A stretch of 64,000 nt of DNA from Bdellovibrionia bacterium (GCA_030427805.1 JAUICP010000006.1:138364-202363), one strand, 5' to 3'; counted from the stretch's first letter, positions 27,929 through 38,613 are shown. Notes: generated by a model not told the origin, from the sequence alone. Program-made: numbers and translations.

Positions 27929-30900
27929 AACGACTAAGAAATGGATCATTATTGGTTTACTAGGAGGAATATTCTTTCTTCTGGGGACTATCATTTCTTA
28001 CAACATCCCAAAAATTGAAGCTTGGATTCTCGTCAGTATCGAAAAAGAGTCGCGCAATCAAGGGCCCGCAAGGATACTACCTCAAAGTGCAAGCTTAAGC
28101 CTTCTACCCATCGGCGTTGAACTCTCAGACGTTAGAGTCATCCCCTCTACGGAGTTCCAAAAAACAATCGATCCCTTTATCGTGAAAAAACTCAATATTG
28201 GCTTAAGCCTTTGGTCTCTCATTCGCGGACAAATCAATCCCGATAGCTTAGAGATTGAAGGTATAAATTTAAATCTTCGCATTGCCGATGAATTTCAAAA
28301 AGCTAAAAAGAGTGGAGAAAAATCAGAAAAACTCAACTTTGAAAAAATCTTAGATGCCATTCCTGTCCGCCAGATAAAACTTTTAGATGTTTCTGGAGCC
28401 CTTGACCTAAAGACTCAAAAATCAAACTTCCTCTTTGAAAAACTTGAACTCACACTGAGAAAGCAAAGTCGAAGTCTCTTCTTTTCACTTGATGCTCCCG
28501 AGATAAATGTAAAAACGAAAGAGCTAAAAGAACCTCTTACAATAAGCACCGAAACTAAAATATTTGTTCTCGAAAATAAAATTACTTTGTCATCCGCCAA
28601 AATTTCTAATGAGTCTTCATACGCTCTTGCATCTGGAATTTTAGACGTTAATTACGAAACTCAAAAGCTCGAAAGTCTCGACCTTAAAACTCGGCTCAAT
28701 ATTCAGTCCGAGGAGATGACTAACTTAATCAATCAAAAAGTCAAAGAATTTGAACTGCCTCCTAGTACTGGTGTACTCAAAGCTGACTTAGAGTTTAGAA
28801 AGAACGCTTCTCGCGCACCCATAACCGCTACTGCGAAAATCGAAACTAACAATTTCTTTATCGATGGACACGAAGTTGGAAATGCCAATATAAGTGCAAG
28901 TGCGAGCCCCGACAAAGTCAGCTTCGACAAAATTGAAGTTGTTGGCTCAGGTGGCAAAATTCTACTTTGGGATACAGTCATAGAAAAAACGATCCCAGAT
29001 TTAAAGAGTCAACTCCCCATTGAGCTGCCTCCGCGAACAACAGTGGGACCGGTCAAACCACCCGAAAAACAAGAAAAAAAGAGCGAACAGTTAGAAGTAA
29101 AGACTAAAACACCTCAAGTCCCAGAAAAACCAAAGGTCGCCAAAAGAGAAGAAGTCTGGACAATGAAAACGCAAGTGGGAATACCGAGTCTTGAGGTGGC
29201 TCGTTTTCTCGACTCGATTCGAGTTAATGACGTCCCTATTCGATTGCCACTCAATGGCCAGTTCCCCTGCACTGGTCAGGTCTACCCCGAGTTTGAGTTA
29301 AAATGCGAAGGTTCATTAAATATTCAATCTCTCAATGTGACCAACAGAGGTCGAACAACAAAGATTGTCGATTTTCTAGACGGAGAACTTGTAGGGCAAC
29401 TTCGCGTTAATCTCGAAGAAGTTGAATACGACACTAAGATTCGAATTGGAGAGTCCAAAGGACATTCCAAAGGAATCATCAACTACGAAACAGGGTTTAA
29501 TATTTCATACAGCACCGATCAGCTGCGCTTTGAGGATATCCAAAATTTGGCGGAACTCGATTTTGAGGGAGATTTAAAAATAAAGGGCGTCACCCAGGGC
29601 ACGAGCGAATGGGCGACAATTGACATGAATGTTTCGGCAAAAGATTTTGTCATCGAGGATTTCTACCTATCCGAACTTTCATCACGCATGACTTTTAAAA
29701 AGGGAGTCATTGGACTCAAATCCATCAAGGGTACTGTTGGAAACTCGCGTTACCTTGGAACTCTCGATATTGATGTCGATAACAATCGTATTAAGGGTAA
29801 TGCAACAATGCCTTTTATGACGGCCCCCGATCTCCTTCGGGCCTTTAAAAGAAAAACGCAACTTCCCTTCAGGGTGAATGGCACAGGGACGGCTCAAGTT
29901 GAAGTCAGCGGTCCACTGCGATTTAACGAACTCACATATAATTTAAAGTCATCCTTGTTTCGGGGCAAGGTCGGCCCCGAACCCTTCGACGAAATCGCCT
30001 TTGATGTCGTTTCAGAGAATGGAAATGTTCGCACTAAGCGAGTTTTTGTCTCGAGAGGTCGCTCCAAAATATATATGAGCGGTAAGGGATATCCCGACGG
30101 AAATATCGACGTTAGAATTTTTGGCCAAGGGCTTCACATCGAAGATTCAAATTTGATCTCCCAATCGGGCTTGAAAATCGTTGGGCTGCTCGATCTCGAC
30201 ATGTCCTTAAAAAACTATGTACTGAGCCCTGATACCAATCTCTACGGAAAGTTTCACAGTGTCAGTCTGGGGGGTCAACCCGTCGAAGACTCATCCGTTA
30301 AACTCCAACTCAGGTCAACGTCAATCGAAGGGATTGCACAGTTTCTTGGTGGGACCTTAAAAACTGAGTTTCTCTTACCCTTTGACCTCGAGAATCCTTT
30401 TCGACTAAAGATCAATGCAAATAACTGGAACTTCGCAAGACTCATTTCGAGTTTTGACGAAAACCTCTTAAAAAGAAACTTTGATTCAAATCTGACCGGG
30501 AATATCGATATTTACAGTGCTAAAGGTGGAATTTGGGCGGCATCAGGTGGCGCAAGAGTCGACGACTTTATGGTAAGGCGAGATACTCTGAGAATGATGA
30601 ACCCCAAACCCATCGTCGCAAGCATGACCGAAGGGCGCGTCGAAGTAAATGATCTGAATATTGTTGGTGAAGACACGTTTTTTAGAGTTAAAAATACCCC
30701 CCGCCCTAAACAACCCCTCGACATCCAGATCAACTCAAAACTCAATTTAAGTCTATTGAGTCTGTTCACCCCTTTTCTAGAAGACCTCCGGGGGACATTA
30801 TCCGCCGCCTTTGAATTAAAGGCGGGACCAAAACACTTTGAAGTTCTTGGCTCTTCATTTATCGATAAAGGATTTTTTAAATTCTATAACTTCCCCCACG

Positions 30901-32072
30901 GTCTCTCAGAAGTTCGAGCAGACTTGTTATTTAGCCAGCAGCAGATTCAGGTTAACTCGCTCAAGGGGAGCTTTGCATCCGGCCGTTTCTTTGGCGATGG
31001 TAAAATCGAGTTCAAAGGGTTTCAGGACATTCCCATTGATATTTCCGTTCAAGTTGAAGAGGCAAACTTAAAGTTCCCACAAAACTATGACACTTATGGG
31101 GATGCTACGGTAAAGATATCTGGCAATTGGTTCCCCTTCACAATCGGAGGAGAATACCTCATCCAAAGGGGAAGTATTACCGGAACTCTCACTCAAGGTA
31201 CGGGCGATGGTTCCAAAGAAGCTAAGAATGAGTTTCTTCCCGAACTCTTTCTAGAAACAGAATTTAGCCCACTCCAACTGGACATGAAGGTAAAGACCTT
31301 GAATCCCGTCGACCTCCAAAGAATCAAACCGATTGTCATTAGTGAAGTTCAGGGACGGGCCATGGCCGACATACGAATCAAAGGACCACTGAGCGATCCG
31401 AAAATTTTTGGCCCCATCTCTGTTTTGTCGAATTCAATTATCGACTTTCAAGAAAATGAATTTAAGATTTCAACGGCAACTATTGAAATGAGGGGGCAAG
31501 AAGAAGTCAATCCAAACCTCTATGTCGAAGCAACGACTCGCAAAAATGGATATGAAATAAGCCTTCTCGTTCAGGGTGAGGCCCTGAATCCCCAGGTTTC
31601 TCTGACTTCAACGCCAAATCTACCGGAGCAAGATATTGTTTCACTTCTTGCTCTTGGAATTACCTCTCGCGATCTCGATGAAAGCGTCAGCTCAACAGAG
31701 CAGCTAACAACTTCGATATTCCAGGGCGGAGCGGCCTACCTCTTAAGCAACCCAGTACAAAAAGAAATCAAAGAGCGTTTTGGGTGGGATGCACAGATCG
31801 CTCCGACATTCGATGATGAAAACAATACTTCAGTACCAAAGGTTCTCGTTTCAAGGAAGCTTTCAGACAAAGCGGATATTACCGCATCCAGAGAATTGGG
31901 AAAACAGCCAAAAACTGACGTCAAAGTGAAATACCAACTCAATCCTAAGCTTTCAATTATCGGTAGCTTTGAAAGTACCGGAGCTTCAGAAACGACAACG
32001 ACGACAACAACTGAACGGGATGAGGATGAGGTTTATGGCCTGGATTTCGAGTATCGATTGGAGTTTAAATGA
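27921..32072 (+). CDS. tamB: TamB/AsmA-like translocation and assembly module protein
   Basis: N-terminal signal anchor (KKWIIIGLLGGIFFLLGTII), then a ~1380-aa beta-rich repeat body. The C-terminus is DUF490-like (VLVSRKLSDKADITASRELG...VKYQLNPKLSIIGSFES...YGLDFEYRLEF). Start taken at the ATG at 27921 (MTKTTKKW). Confidence 0.8.
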   Translation: MTKTTKKWIIIGLLGGIFFLLGTIISYNIPKIEAWILVSIEKESRNQGPARILPQSASLSLLPIGVELSDVRVIPSTEFQKTIDPFIVKKLNIGLSLWSLIRGQINPDSLEIEGINLNLRIADEFQKAKKSGEKSEKLNFEKILDAIPVRQIKLLDVSGALDLKTQKSNFLFEKLELTLRKQSRSLFFSLDAPEINVKTKELKEPLTISTETKIFVLENKITLSSAKISNESSYALASGILDVNYETQKLESLDLKTRLNIQSEEMTNLINQKVKEFELPPSTGVLKADLEFRKNASRAPITATAKIETNNFFIDGHEVGNANISASASPDKVSFDKIEVVGSGGKILLWDTVIEKTIPDLKSQLPIELPPRTTVGPVKPPEKQEKKSEQLEVKTKTPQVPEKPKVAKREEVWTMKTQVGIPSLEVARFLDSIRVNDVPIRLPLNGQFPCTGQVYPEFELKCEGSLNIQSLNVTNRGRTTKIVDFLDGELVGQLRVNLEEVEYDTKIRIGESKGHSKGIINYETGFNISYSTDQLRFEDIQNLAELDFEGDLKIKGVTQGTSEWATIDMNVSAKDFVIEDFYLSELSSRMTFKKGVIGLKSIKGTVGNSRYLGTLDIDVDNNRIKGNATMPFMTAPDLLRAFKRKTQLPFRVNGTGTAQVEVSGPLRFNELTYNLKSSLFRGKVGPEPFDEIAFDVVSENGNVRTKRVFVSRGRSKIYMSGKGYPDGNIDVRIFGQGLHIEDSNLISQSGLKIVGLLDLDMSLKNYVLSPDTNLYGKFHSVSLGGQPVEDSSVKLQLRSTSIEGIAQFLGGTLKTEFLLPFDLENPFRLKINANNWNFARLISSFDENLLKRNFDSNLTGNIDIYSAKGGIWAASGGARVDDFMVRRDTLRMMNPKPIVASMTEGRVEVNDLNIVGEDTFFRVKNTPRPKQPLDIQINSKLNLSLLSLFTPFLEDLRGTLSAAFELKAGPKHFEVLGSSFIDKGFFKFYNFPHGLSEVRADLLFSQQQIQVNSLKGSFASGRFFGDGKIEFKGFQDIPIDISVQVEEANLKFPQNYDTYGDATVKISGNWFPFTIGGEYLIQRGSITGTLTQGTGDGSKEAKNEFLPELFLETEFSPLQLDMKVKTLNPVDLQRIKPIVISEVQGRAMADIRIKGPLSDPKIFGPISVLSNSIIDFQENEFKISTATIEMRGQEEVNPNLYVEATTRKNGYEISLLVQGEALNPQVSLTSTPNLPEQDIVSLLALGITSRDLDESVSSTEQLTTSIFQGGAAYLLSNPVQKEIKERFGWDAQIAPTFDDENNTSVPKVLVSRKLSDKADITASRELGKQPKTDVKVKYQLNPKLSIIGSFESTGASETTTTTTTERDEDEVYGLDFEYRLEFK

Positions 32073-34912
32073 TAAACTCCTTGAAACTCTATATTCTTAC
32101 TCTTGCTTTGTTCTTAATTTCTAGTCATAGTTTAGCGGCTAACCGCCCACCGATAATGCTTCAGGGCTTTACTCCCGCAGAAGTAAAGGATTTAAAAAAC
32201 AAGTATCCTAATATCGACAAAGAAAACCTGAGCCTTGCGGTTCTCGATCAGGTCGTTCGCTATTTAATGACCACCGAACAGTTTACAAGTGTACTTTTAA
32301 GAAAGCGTAATAAAAACTCGAAGCAACTCATTCTTGAGGTCAAGTCCACGAGGCGAGTGGGACGCATCACGATTAACGGAAATAGACATTTAAATAGAGA
32401 TCAAATTCTGAAAGTTCTTAACTTAAAACGTTTTGGCACTCTTCGCACTGACGAGTTGGAACTCAGCCTCGATCGCCTCAGAGAGAAGTACCGACAAGAC
32501 GGATATTTTAATATTAAAGCCGAGGTTCGCATGCGACCAACAACTCGAAGAATGACGGACTTAGAAGTCGTCATCGACGAGGGACAGTCCTGCCGTATTA
32601 CTGATATCGACTTTCAAACTGAAAATAAAAAACTCAAAGGCCAGTTACGAAGAATTTCTACAGGAGTGATGCGAGAGCGATATTCCGAAGTACGTCTCTC
32701 ACAATTACAAACGAGGATTAGTAGTTTCCTATCAGATAATCGCTACTTAACAACTCGAATATCTGAACCCACCATTGAATTTAACAGTGATAAGACTGAA
32801 GTTCGAATTCTATATACGATTGAAAACCCCTATGAATATGAATTTCTCATAGACAACAACACCTCAATTAAAGACTCAAGTATCATCAGACAATTCGACC
32901 TCGGAAAATACTCAGGACAAACTTTCAGTCCCTCGGGTCAACTCGCTCAAAAGATCAAAGAAATCTACTTAGAAAAAGGCTTTGCCAATGTCGAGGTCAC
33001 TTTTAAAGAGGAATACTTTAAAAAGAAGTTCCGACAAAGAGTGCGCTTTAAAGTAAAAGAAAACAATCGCATTCGAATACGATCCATAAGAGTCGAAGGG
33101 AAAATATCAAGACCATCCTTTTATTATGCCAACTATATTAGAGAAAATAGCTCCACCTTGGTTCGACAGAGCTTTTATAATAGAGAAGCTATCGACAAAG
33201 GAGCTAAACTTCTCATCGACCAACTACAAAACGAAGGCTTTTTGCGAGCTGAGGTTCTTTCCATTCGACCTCAATTTAATAAAAAGAAAGAGGTCGTCGA
33301 CATTTTTGTCAACTTAGATGAAGGCCCCCTCACTCAGATCCAGAAAATTCAGTTTGAAGGTATCAAAGCTCTCAGTCGAAACCAAATTCTTGATGCTCTC
33401 GACCTTAAAGCCGGTAAACCTCTACGTCTCAATTCACTTCAGCCCAATATCGACAAGATAATGAAACTCTACCGCAGTAAAGGTTACCTCGAAGTTCAGG
33501 TTTCAAACTCCAAAAAAGATCTTATTTCCTATAACCAAAATTATACTCTGGCTGTCGTAAGGTTTAAGGTCAGAGAGGGACCACAAATTGTCGTCAACTC
33601 AATTCGAGTCGACGGAAATACGTTTACTAAAGAAAGTGTCGTTTTACGGGAGCTTGAATTTAAAGAGGGGGATATTCTTACTCCTGAACTGCTCAGCGAG
33701 TCTATCATTCGCCTGCAAAAAATTGGTCTGTTTTCTCGAGTGCAAATCTCGACCCTTGAGGAGGGTTCTAAAATTTCACAGAGAACCGTTAGAGTTCAAG
33801 TTGTCGAAAGGGACCCCGGATTATTTTCTCTGGGTCTAGGTATTACCAACGAACAACAAATTTCTTTTCGAGGATTTACCGGGCTGGCTTATCGAAACCT
33901 CTATGGTACTGGTCGCAAGGTCTTTTCGCGATTAGATCTTCAGTATTCAACCGACCCTGATGTGAGCTTTCTCGAAAACGAAGTCACAATTTCATATCTC
34001 GAACCAGCGGTTTTTTCTGACCGAACACAATTACGAATTAGTTTAATTCGCGCCGAAAATGCTTTGGACCCGGAAGAAGGTGATGTCAACATCACTATTC
34101 AAGAGAATAATGAAATCAACTTTTTACTCGAAAGAGAATTTTCAAAACGCTTAAAAGCTTCATGGAATTTGTATTCATTCTCGAATCAAAGATTTTTTGA
34201 TCGCGTGACTCGTGCCGATGAACGAACCATTAATATAGGTACCATCGGTCCCATCTTCGAGTACGACCTCAGAAATAATATTACCGTACCCACTGAAGGC
34301 TCATACACCCGCCTCGAAGTCGAATATTCAGATCCACTCTTAGGCTCTTCGCAGGACGCCCTCAAGTTTTTGCGCTTTGCTCGCGTCACAGGTAACTACA
34401 CCTATTACAAACCATTGTTTTCGCCAAAGTGGGTTTGGTATAACTCATTTCGCTCGGGCTACGTCGCACCACTGACCGACGATGATCGCTCAGGTGTCCC
34501 CGGAGAAAAAGCATTCTTTCTCGGGGGACGGACCACCATTCGAGGCTTTGATTTAAGTTCTTCAGAAAGAATCCCCCGACTCAGTCGCCTCGGAGTCACC
34601 GAGATTGATGACTTCTTTCTATCCACAGACTCATATTTCTACCTCGTAAAATCTGAAATAAGATTCCCAATTTACGATATCGTCGGTGGACTTGTGTTTT
34701 ACGATGGTGGGGCCGTTCACATCACAGGAACGACGTTTGATGACCCCTTTAGGGATTCAGCCGGGTTTGGCCTGCGAATTATCATCCCTGGTGTCGGTAC
34801 AATTAGCGCTGAGTACGGATTTAAACTCGATCGCTACCAAGACTTCTCAATACCGGGCAACCCTCTCAATGAAAACGAGGGCTCGTTCCACTTTTCATTC
34901 TCGACCTTTTAA
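32069..34912 (+). CDS. Omp85-family outer-membrane assembly protein (BamA/TamA-like) with multiple POTRA repeats
   Basis: Signal peptide, then repeated POTRA-like units (I..I.F.GN....., e.g. RITINGNRHL, ITDIDFQTEN, IRVEGKIS, IQFEGIKALS, IRVDGNTFT). The C-terminal beta-barrel ends ...GSFHFSFSTF. An ATGA overlap joins it to the TamB-like gene. Confidence 0.85.
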   Translation: MINSLKLYILTLALFLISSHSLAANRPPIMLQGFTPAEVKDLKNKYPNIDKENLSLAVLDQVVRYLMTTEQFTSVLLRKRNKNSKQLILEVKSTRRVGRITINGNRHLNRDQILKVLNLKRFGTLRTDELELSLDRLREKYRQDGYFNIKAEVRMRPTTRRMTDLEVVIDEGQSCRITDIDFQTENKKLKGQLRRISTGVMRERYSEVRLSQLQTRISSFLSDNRYLTTRISEPTIEFNSDKTEVRILYTIENPYEYEFLIDNNTSIKDSSIIRQFDLGKYSGQTFSPSGQLAQKIKEIYLEKGFANVEVTFKEEYFKKKFRQRVRFKVKENNRIRIRSIRVEGKISRPSFYYANYIRENSSTLVRQSFYNREAIDKGAKLLIDQLQNEGFLRAEVLSIRPQFNKKKEVVDIFVNLDEGPLTQIQKIQFEGIKALSRNQILDALDLKAGKPLRLNSLQPNIDKIMKLYRSKGYLEVQVSNSKKDLISYNQNYTLAVVRFKVREGPQIVVNSIRVDGNTFTKESVVLRELEFKEGDILTPELLSESIIRLQKIGLFSRVQISTLEEGSKISQRTVRVQVVERDPGLFSLGLGITNEQQISFRGFTGLAYRNLYGTGRKVFSRLDLQYSTDPDVSFLENEVTISYLEPAVFSDRTQLRISLIRAENALDPEEGDVNITIQENNEINFLLEREFSKRLKASWNLYSFSNQRFFDRVTRADERTINIGTIGPIFEYDLRNNITVPTEGSYTRLEVEYSDPLLGSSQDALKFLRFARVTGNYTYYKPLFSPKWVWYNSFRSGYVAPLTDDDRSGVPGEKAFFLGGRTTIRGFDLSSSERIPRLSRLGVTEIDDFFLSTDSYFYLVKSEIRFPIYDIVGGLVFYDGGAVHITGTTFDDPFRDSAGFGLRIIIPGVGTISAEYGFKLDRYQDFSIPGNPLNENEGSFHFSFSTF

Positions 34913-35139
34913 AAACACCCTCTTTTGAGAGCTCGGAGAGACCCTTTCAGTACAATTTACAAGGTCTTTGCCGCTGGCTGTCCTTAATCGAACTTATGCC
35001 ACTGATAAGTGATTTCTCGCAGTAAAAAGCTCTTCAATTCTAGGGAGTTAAAAGCCTCATTTTTTTCAAGTCGAATTCAACTCTGGCATATTTATTGGAA
35101 TGTCTAAAGGAGCTTGCCCGGAGATGGAAGGAGTCCCAA

Positions 35140-35226
35140 ATGCAAATCACTATTTTAGAAATACTCGGCCAAATCGTAATTGCCACGGCAATTAGTCTTC
35201 ACCTCGTTTCGATTTTTCTCGGATAA
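35140..35226 (+). CDS. candidate 28-aa hydrophobic small protein (MQITILEILGQIVIATAISLHLVSIFLG)
   Basis: Found by hand; it falls below the ORF-track size cut-off. An ATG lies 7 nt after GGAAGGAG, and the peptide has a single predicted TM helix. It sits in a 317-nt region that is otherwise empty. Confidence 0.3.
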   Translation: MQITILEILGQIVIATAISLHLVSIFLG

Positions 35227-35244
35227 ACAGTTCTGACAAGCAAA

Positions 35245-36459
35245 TTAGGTTAACTTCTTCAGGCGAGCGCCATAAAATCCATCAAAAGAATCTCTCGGAT
35301 CCATAAAGACTTCCTCAATCAATTCAAAAGCACTCGTAGACTCTAAAAACTTTTTCACTTGCCCTGAATTTTCTGAAGGGAATATCGAACAGGTCGCATA
35401 GACCATTTCGCCTCCAGGCTTTAGCATCGAACTATAATCCTCTAAAATGTCACTTTGTAATTGAATTAAACGATCAACCTCTTCTTGATTCAGCTTCCAC
35501 TTGGTATCGGGATTTCTTCTCAGAACTCCCGAACCACTACAAGGAACATCCAAAAGTAATCGATCCGCTTGACCCTTGAGCCTCTTAATGACCTTACTCG
35601 AGGAGATCGGACGGATCTCTAGAATATCGACCCCTGCTCGTTTTCGCCGCTTCTTCAATTCCTCTAGTTTTCTTTCATGGACATCCAAAGAAAGAATCTT
35701 GCCTTTGTTCTGCATTAAAGCTGCTAAATGGAGAGACTTTCCTCCTGCCCCGGCACAGGCATCAACCACTTTTTCACCCGGCTGAGGATTTAAAAGATAG
35801 GAAACCTTCTGACTTGAAATATCCTGAACCTCAAACAATCCCCTCTTGAAAGCTTCTGAGATAAATAGGTTTTTTCTTTTCAAAAGCTTTATTCCGGTGG
35901 GAACCTCTTCTACGGCCTCGACCTCAAATCCCTCTTCGCGCAATTGTTTGAGTAACTCTTCCCGCGATATTTTGAGTTCATTAGTGCGCAAATAAATTTG
36001 CGCCTGGTGATTGAGGCTTGATAGTAAACTGTCCCAATCATTTCTCCATTGGCTAAACCCATAATTGTCAAACCAGTCCGTAACGGATTCCCTTAAAACT
36101 CGCTCTTCTTGTAAATGTTTCTTTCTCTTTTCTAACTCAGAGACATTCAAATAAGAAAGGCGCTTGGGTAAGTCACTCACTATACCCTTATTCCATACGT
36201 AGATAAGAACGAGATTGACCAGGTCCTCACGGTCAAAATCCTTGTTTTCGAATTTTTTTGCATCGAGGAGGTACCAAAGGCCACGCCAGTTTCGAACGCA
36301 ATCATAAAAAGTTTCTGCAACAAAACGGCGGTCTCGCGCTCCCCATTTTTTGTGCTGCTTGAACTGTCTCTCAAGAACCTTGTCGGCGTAATAGCCTTCA
36401 CCGAAGCAATGCTCAAGCGACTCTGCAACTGAATTAATAAGGTGATCGTGAATTTTCAA
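35245..36459 (-). CDS. rRNA cytosine-C5 methyltransferase, RsmB/RsmF (NOL1/NOP2/Sun) family
   Basis: SAM motif VDACAGAGGKSLHLAAL and catalytic DVPCSGSGVLRRNPD, with a second Cys in YATCS. Confidence 0.85.
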   Translation of the reverse strand: MKIHDHLINSVAESLEHCFGEGYYADKVLERQFKQHKKWGARDRRFVAETFYDCVRNWRGLWYLLDAKKFENKDFDREDLVNLVLIYVWNKGIVSDLPKRLSYLNVSELEKRKKHLQEERVLRESVTDWFDNYGFSQWRNDWDSLLSSLNHQAQIYLRTNELKISREELLKQLREEGFEVEAVEEVPTGIKLLKRKNLFISEAFKRGLFEVQDISSQKVSYLLNPQPGEKVVDACAGAGGKSLHLAALMQNKGKILSLDVHERKLEELKKRRKRAGVDILEIRPISSSKVIKRLKGQADRLLLDVPCSGSGVLRRNPDTKWKLNQEEVDRLIQLQSDILEDYSSMLKPGGEMVYATCSIFPSENSGQVKKFLESTSAFELIEEVFMDPRDSFDGFYGARLKKLT

Positions 36460-37085
36460 AACTGAAACACAGCTCCCAAAGAAACAAAGGAACCATCTGA
36501 ATGCTGACCATCACTTAGAACCAGAAGTGAGTTCTTAAGGCCGGATTCAATAAAAACGCCTGAGTTTTCGTAAAGATTAAAAAATCGCAAACCAATCAAC
36601 AATTGGTAGTCGAAAGCTATGGCCGACTCTCCCGGCAATTGTTTTAGAAAAACAGAAGGCCCGGCAGCGATTCCGAAGTAAAGGGGGAATCCACTCTTCG
36701 CGTCAGGTAAAAATATGGCGGGAAGGAATGCGAGTTTATTAACCCGTTGACCATCAGGCTTGTAATTCATCCAGTCCACGCGAACCGAAAGATCCGTCGA
36801 CCACATCCAATCACCGATTCGATAGGTAAAGCCCAATTGATAGGAGCCGACATCAGATTCGGCATCGGGACCCCAGTGATAGGCGCGATCCGAGAAAAAG
36901 TGTCCAACATGGACGGCCAAAAAACGATCTCCACTGGCAGAACTAGAGCTCTCAGGTCGAGCCTCGCCCTTGGGTTTCTGCCCGATATATTTGCGCGCCG
37001 CTTCTCTACCCACTTCTTCCGCCTGACTGAACAAGGGGAAAAACAACACAATGAGGCTGAGAACAATCCGAAAATGACGGTTCAT
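36456..37085 (-). CDS. small outer-membrane beta-barrel protein
   Basis: Signal peptide (LIVLFFPLFSQAEE), alternating beta-strand pattern, and a C-terminal aromatic beta-signal ...LGAVFQF. Confidence 0.6.
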   Translation of the reverse strand: MNRHFRIVLSLIVLFFPLFSQAEEVGREAARKYIGQKPKGEARPESSSSASGDRFLAVHVGHFFSDRAYHWGPDAESDVGSYQLGFTYRIGDWMWSTDLSVRVDWMNYKPDGQRVNKLAFLPAIFLPDAKSGFPLYFGIAAGPSVFLKQLPGESAIAFDYQLLIGLRFFNLYENSGVFIESGLKNSLLVLSDGQHSDGSFVSLGAVFQF

Positions 37086-37201
37086 ATCATTACTCCTACT
37101 GAAGATTACAATACTCTGTTTTCACCCTAAGAGTCAAAAAACAAGCTTCTTGACCCTTTTCATGGCACTGCCTAGAGTAGCCCCCACCAGGAGGCAAATG
37201 C

Positions 37202-37693
37202 GTGAAATGCCCATTTTGCAATCATAACGAAGACCGTGTTCTAGATACCCGGGTTCAAAAGCAAGGTGAAGTCATTCGTAGAAGGCGTGAATGTTATTCC
37301 TGTAAGCGCCGATTTTCCACAATAGAAATAGTTCAAAGGGTTTTCCCTCTGGTCGTTAAAAAAGACGGCCGACGGGAGGATTTTTCTAAAGAAAAGCTAT
37401 TCAAGGGTGTCCAAGCGGCTTGCCAAAAGCGTCCTGTCAGTATCGCACAGATGGAACATATCGTAGATAAAATCGGTCACTGGGTTCTCGATCAAGGCGA
37501 AAAAGAAATCAAGGCCGAACTTATCGGCCACCAAGTAATGGATGCCCTCAAGGGGCTCGATGATGTGGCCTACGTGCGGTTTGCTAGCGTCTATAAAACC
37601 TTTACAGACATACAAGAATTTGTTGAAGGTTTAGAGCTGGGAAACGATAATCTTCGGTCTGCGACTAAAAATTACTCGCCCAACTCTATTTGA
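37202..37693 (+). CDS. nrdR: transcriptional repressor NrdR
   Basis: MKCPFCNHNEDRVLDTR...RRRRECYSCKRRFSTIE (zinc ribbon) plus an ATP-cone. Confidence 0.95.
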   Translation: MKCPFCNHNEDRVLDTRVQKQGEVIRRRRECYSCKRRFSTIEIVQRVFPLVVKKDGRREDFSKEKLFKGVQAACQKRPVSIAQMEHIVDKIGHWVLDQGEKEIKAELIGHQVMDALKGLDDVAYVRFASVYKTFTDIQEFVEGLELGNDNLRSATKNYSPNSI

Positions 37694-37712
37694 TCCTAAA
37701 GGAACCTGCTCA

Positions 37713-38126
37713 ATGGGTATTAAAAGAAAAGCACGCGAATTTGCCCTTCAAATTCTTTTCCAGAGAGAATTCGATAAATCCAAAGAATTGAGAGATATTA
37801 TTGCCCAGTTTGTTCAAAACTTTGACGTGGACACTGACGTCGGAAAAATGGGCTCAAAAATAGTTAACGGAACCATGGAAAATCTTGATGAAATCGACTC
37901 TAAACTCTCTGGGGTTTCTCGAAATTGGTCGACTTCTAGGATGGCCTTTGTCGACTTAAACATTCTTCGGATTGCGAGCTTTGAAATCCTCTATCTCGAG
38001 GCCGACACTCCTTTTAAGGTTGCTATTGATGAGGCCATAGAATTGGCTAAGAAGTACGGATCAACTGAGTCGGCGTCTTTTATAAATGGCATTCTGGATC
38101 AATTGGCCAAACAAAAAGAGGCTTGA
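37713..38126 (+). CDS. nusB: transcription antitermination factor NusB
   Basis: KAREFALQILFQ..., ...VDLNILRIASFEILY...P.KVAIDEAIELAKKYG...FINGILD. Confidence 0.93.
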   Translation: MGIKRKAREFALQILFQREFDKSKELRDIIAQFVQNFDVDTDVGKMGSKIVNGTMENLDEIDSKLSGVSRNWSTSRMAFVDLNILRIASFEILYLEADTPFKVAIDEAIELAKKYGSTESASFINGILDQLAKQKEA

Positions 38127-38157
38127 CCAAAGCCCCTCAAATTTCAATAGTTAGACT

Positions 38158-38613
38158 ATGACGATTCAAGAACTATCCCAAGCAGGGGCTCTTACAGCAG
38201 GTGCAGATCTATGGTTTGTTCCGGCACTCAACCAGTCGCATTGGACGAATCACATTGATTGGTATCTCAATTTTCAATTCGTTAAAGCAAAACTTCACCA
38301 GCGCAAAGAGTTGAGCCCCCACCTGAAGGAACTCAGTGAGGACTGGGAATTTCCTCTCGAAGAAATAAACCTTTCTATGAATCGAGATCTTTTAATTAGT
38401 AGTCGAAAACTATTGCCCAATCAGTTTACTGTGCAAGTTGAATACGACGGTAATTTGAATTCTTGGATCGAAAGACTTCTCTCTATTTGGAAGTCCCTTA
38501 AACGACCCAGCCTCCGCGTATTTTTACCCGAGGGTGTCTCGAGATCTGATTTTGAAAAGGCCACCGAAGGCATCGAAGACCCCGAGCATATAACAGTCAT
38601 ACCTAACGAGTAA
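38158..38613 (+). CDS. hypothetical protein
   Basis: 151-aa ORF with sensible spacing after nusB. No motif recognised. Confidence 0.55.
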   Translation: MTIQELSQAGALTAGADLWFVPALNQSHWTNHIDWYLNFQFVKAKLHQRKELSPHLKELSEDWEFPLEEINLSMNRDLLISSRKLLPNQFTVQVEYDGNLNSWIERLLSIWKSLKRPSLRVFLPEGVSRSDFEKATEGIEDPEHITVIPNE

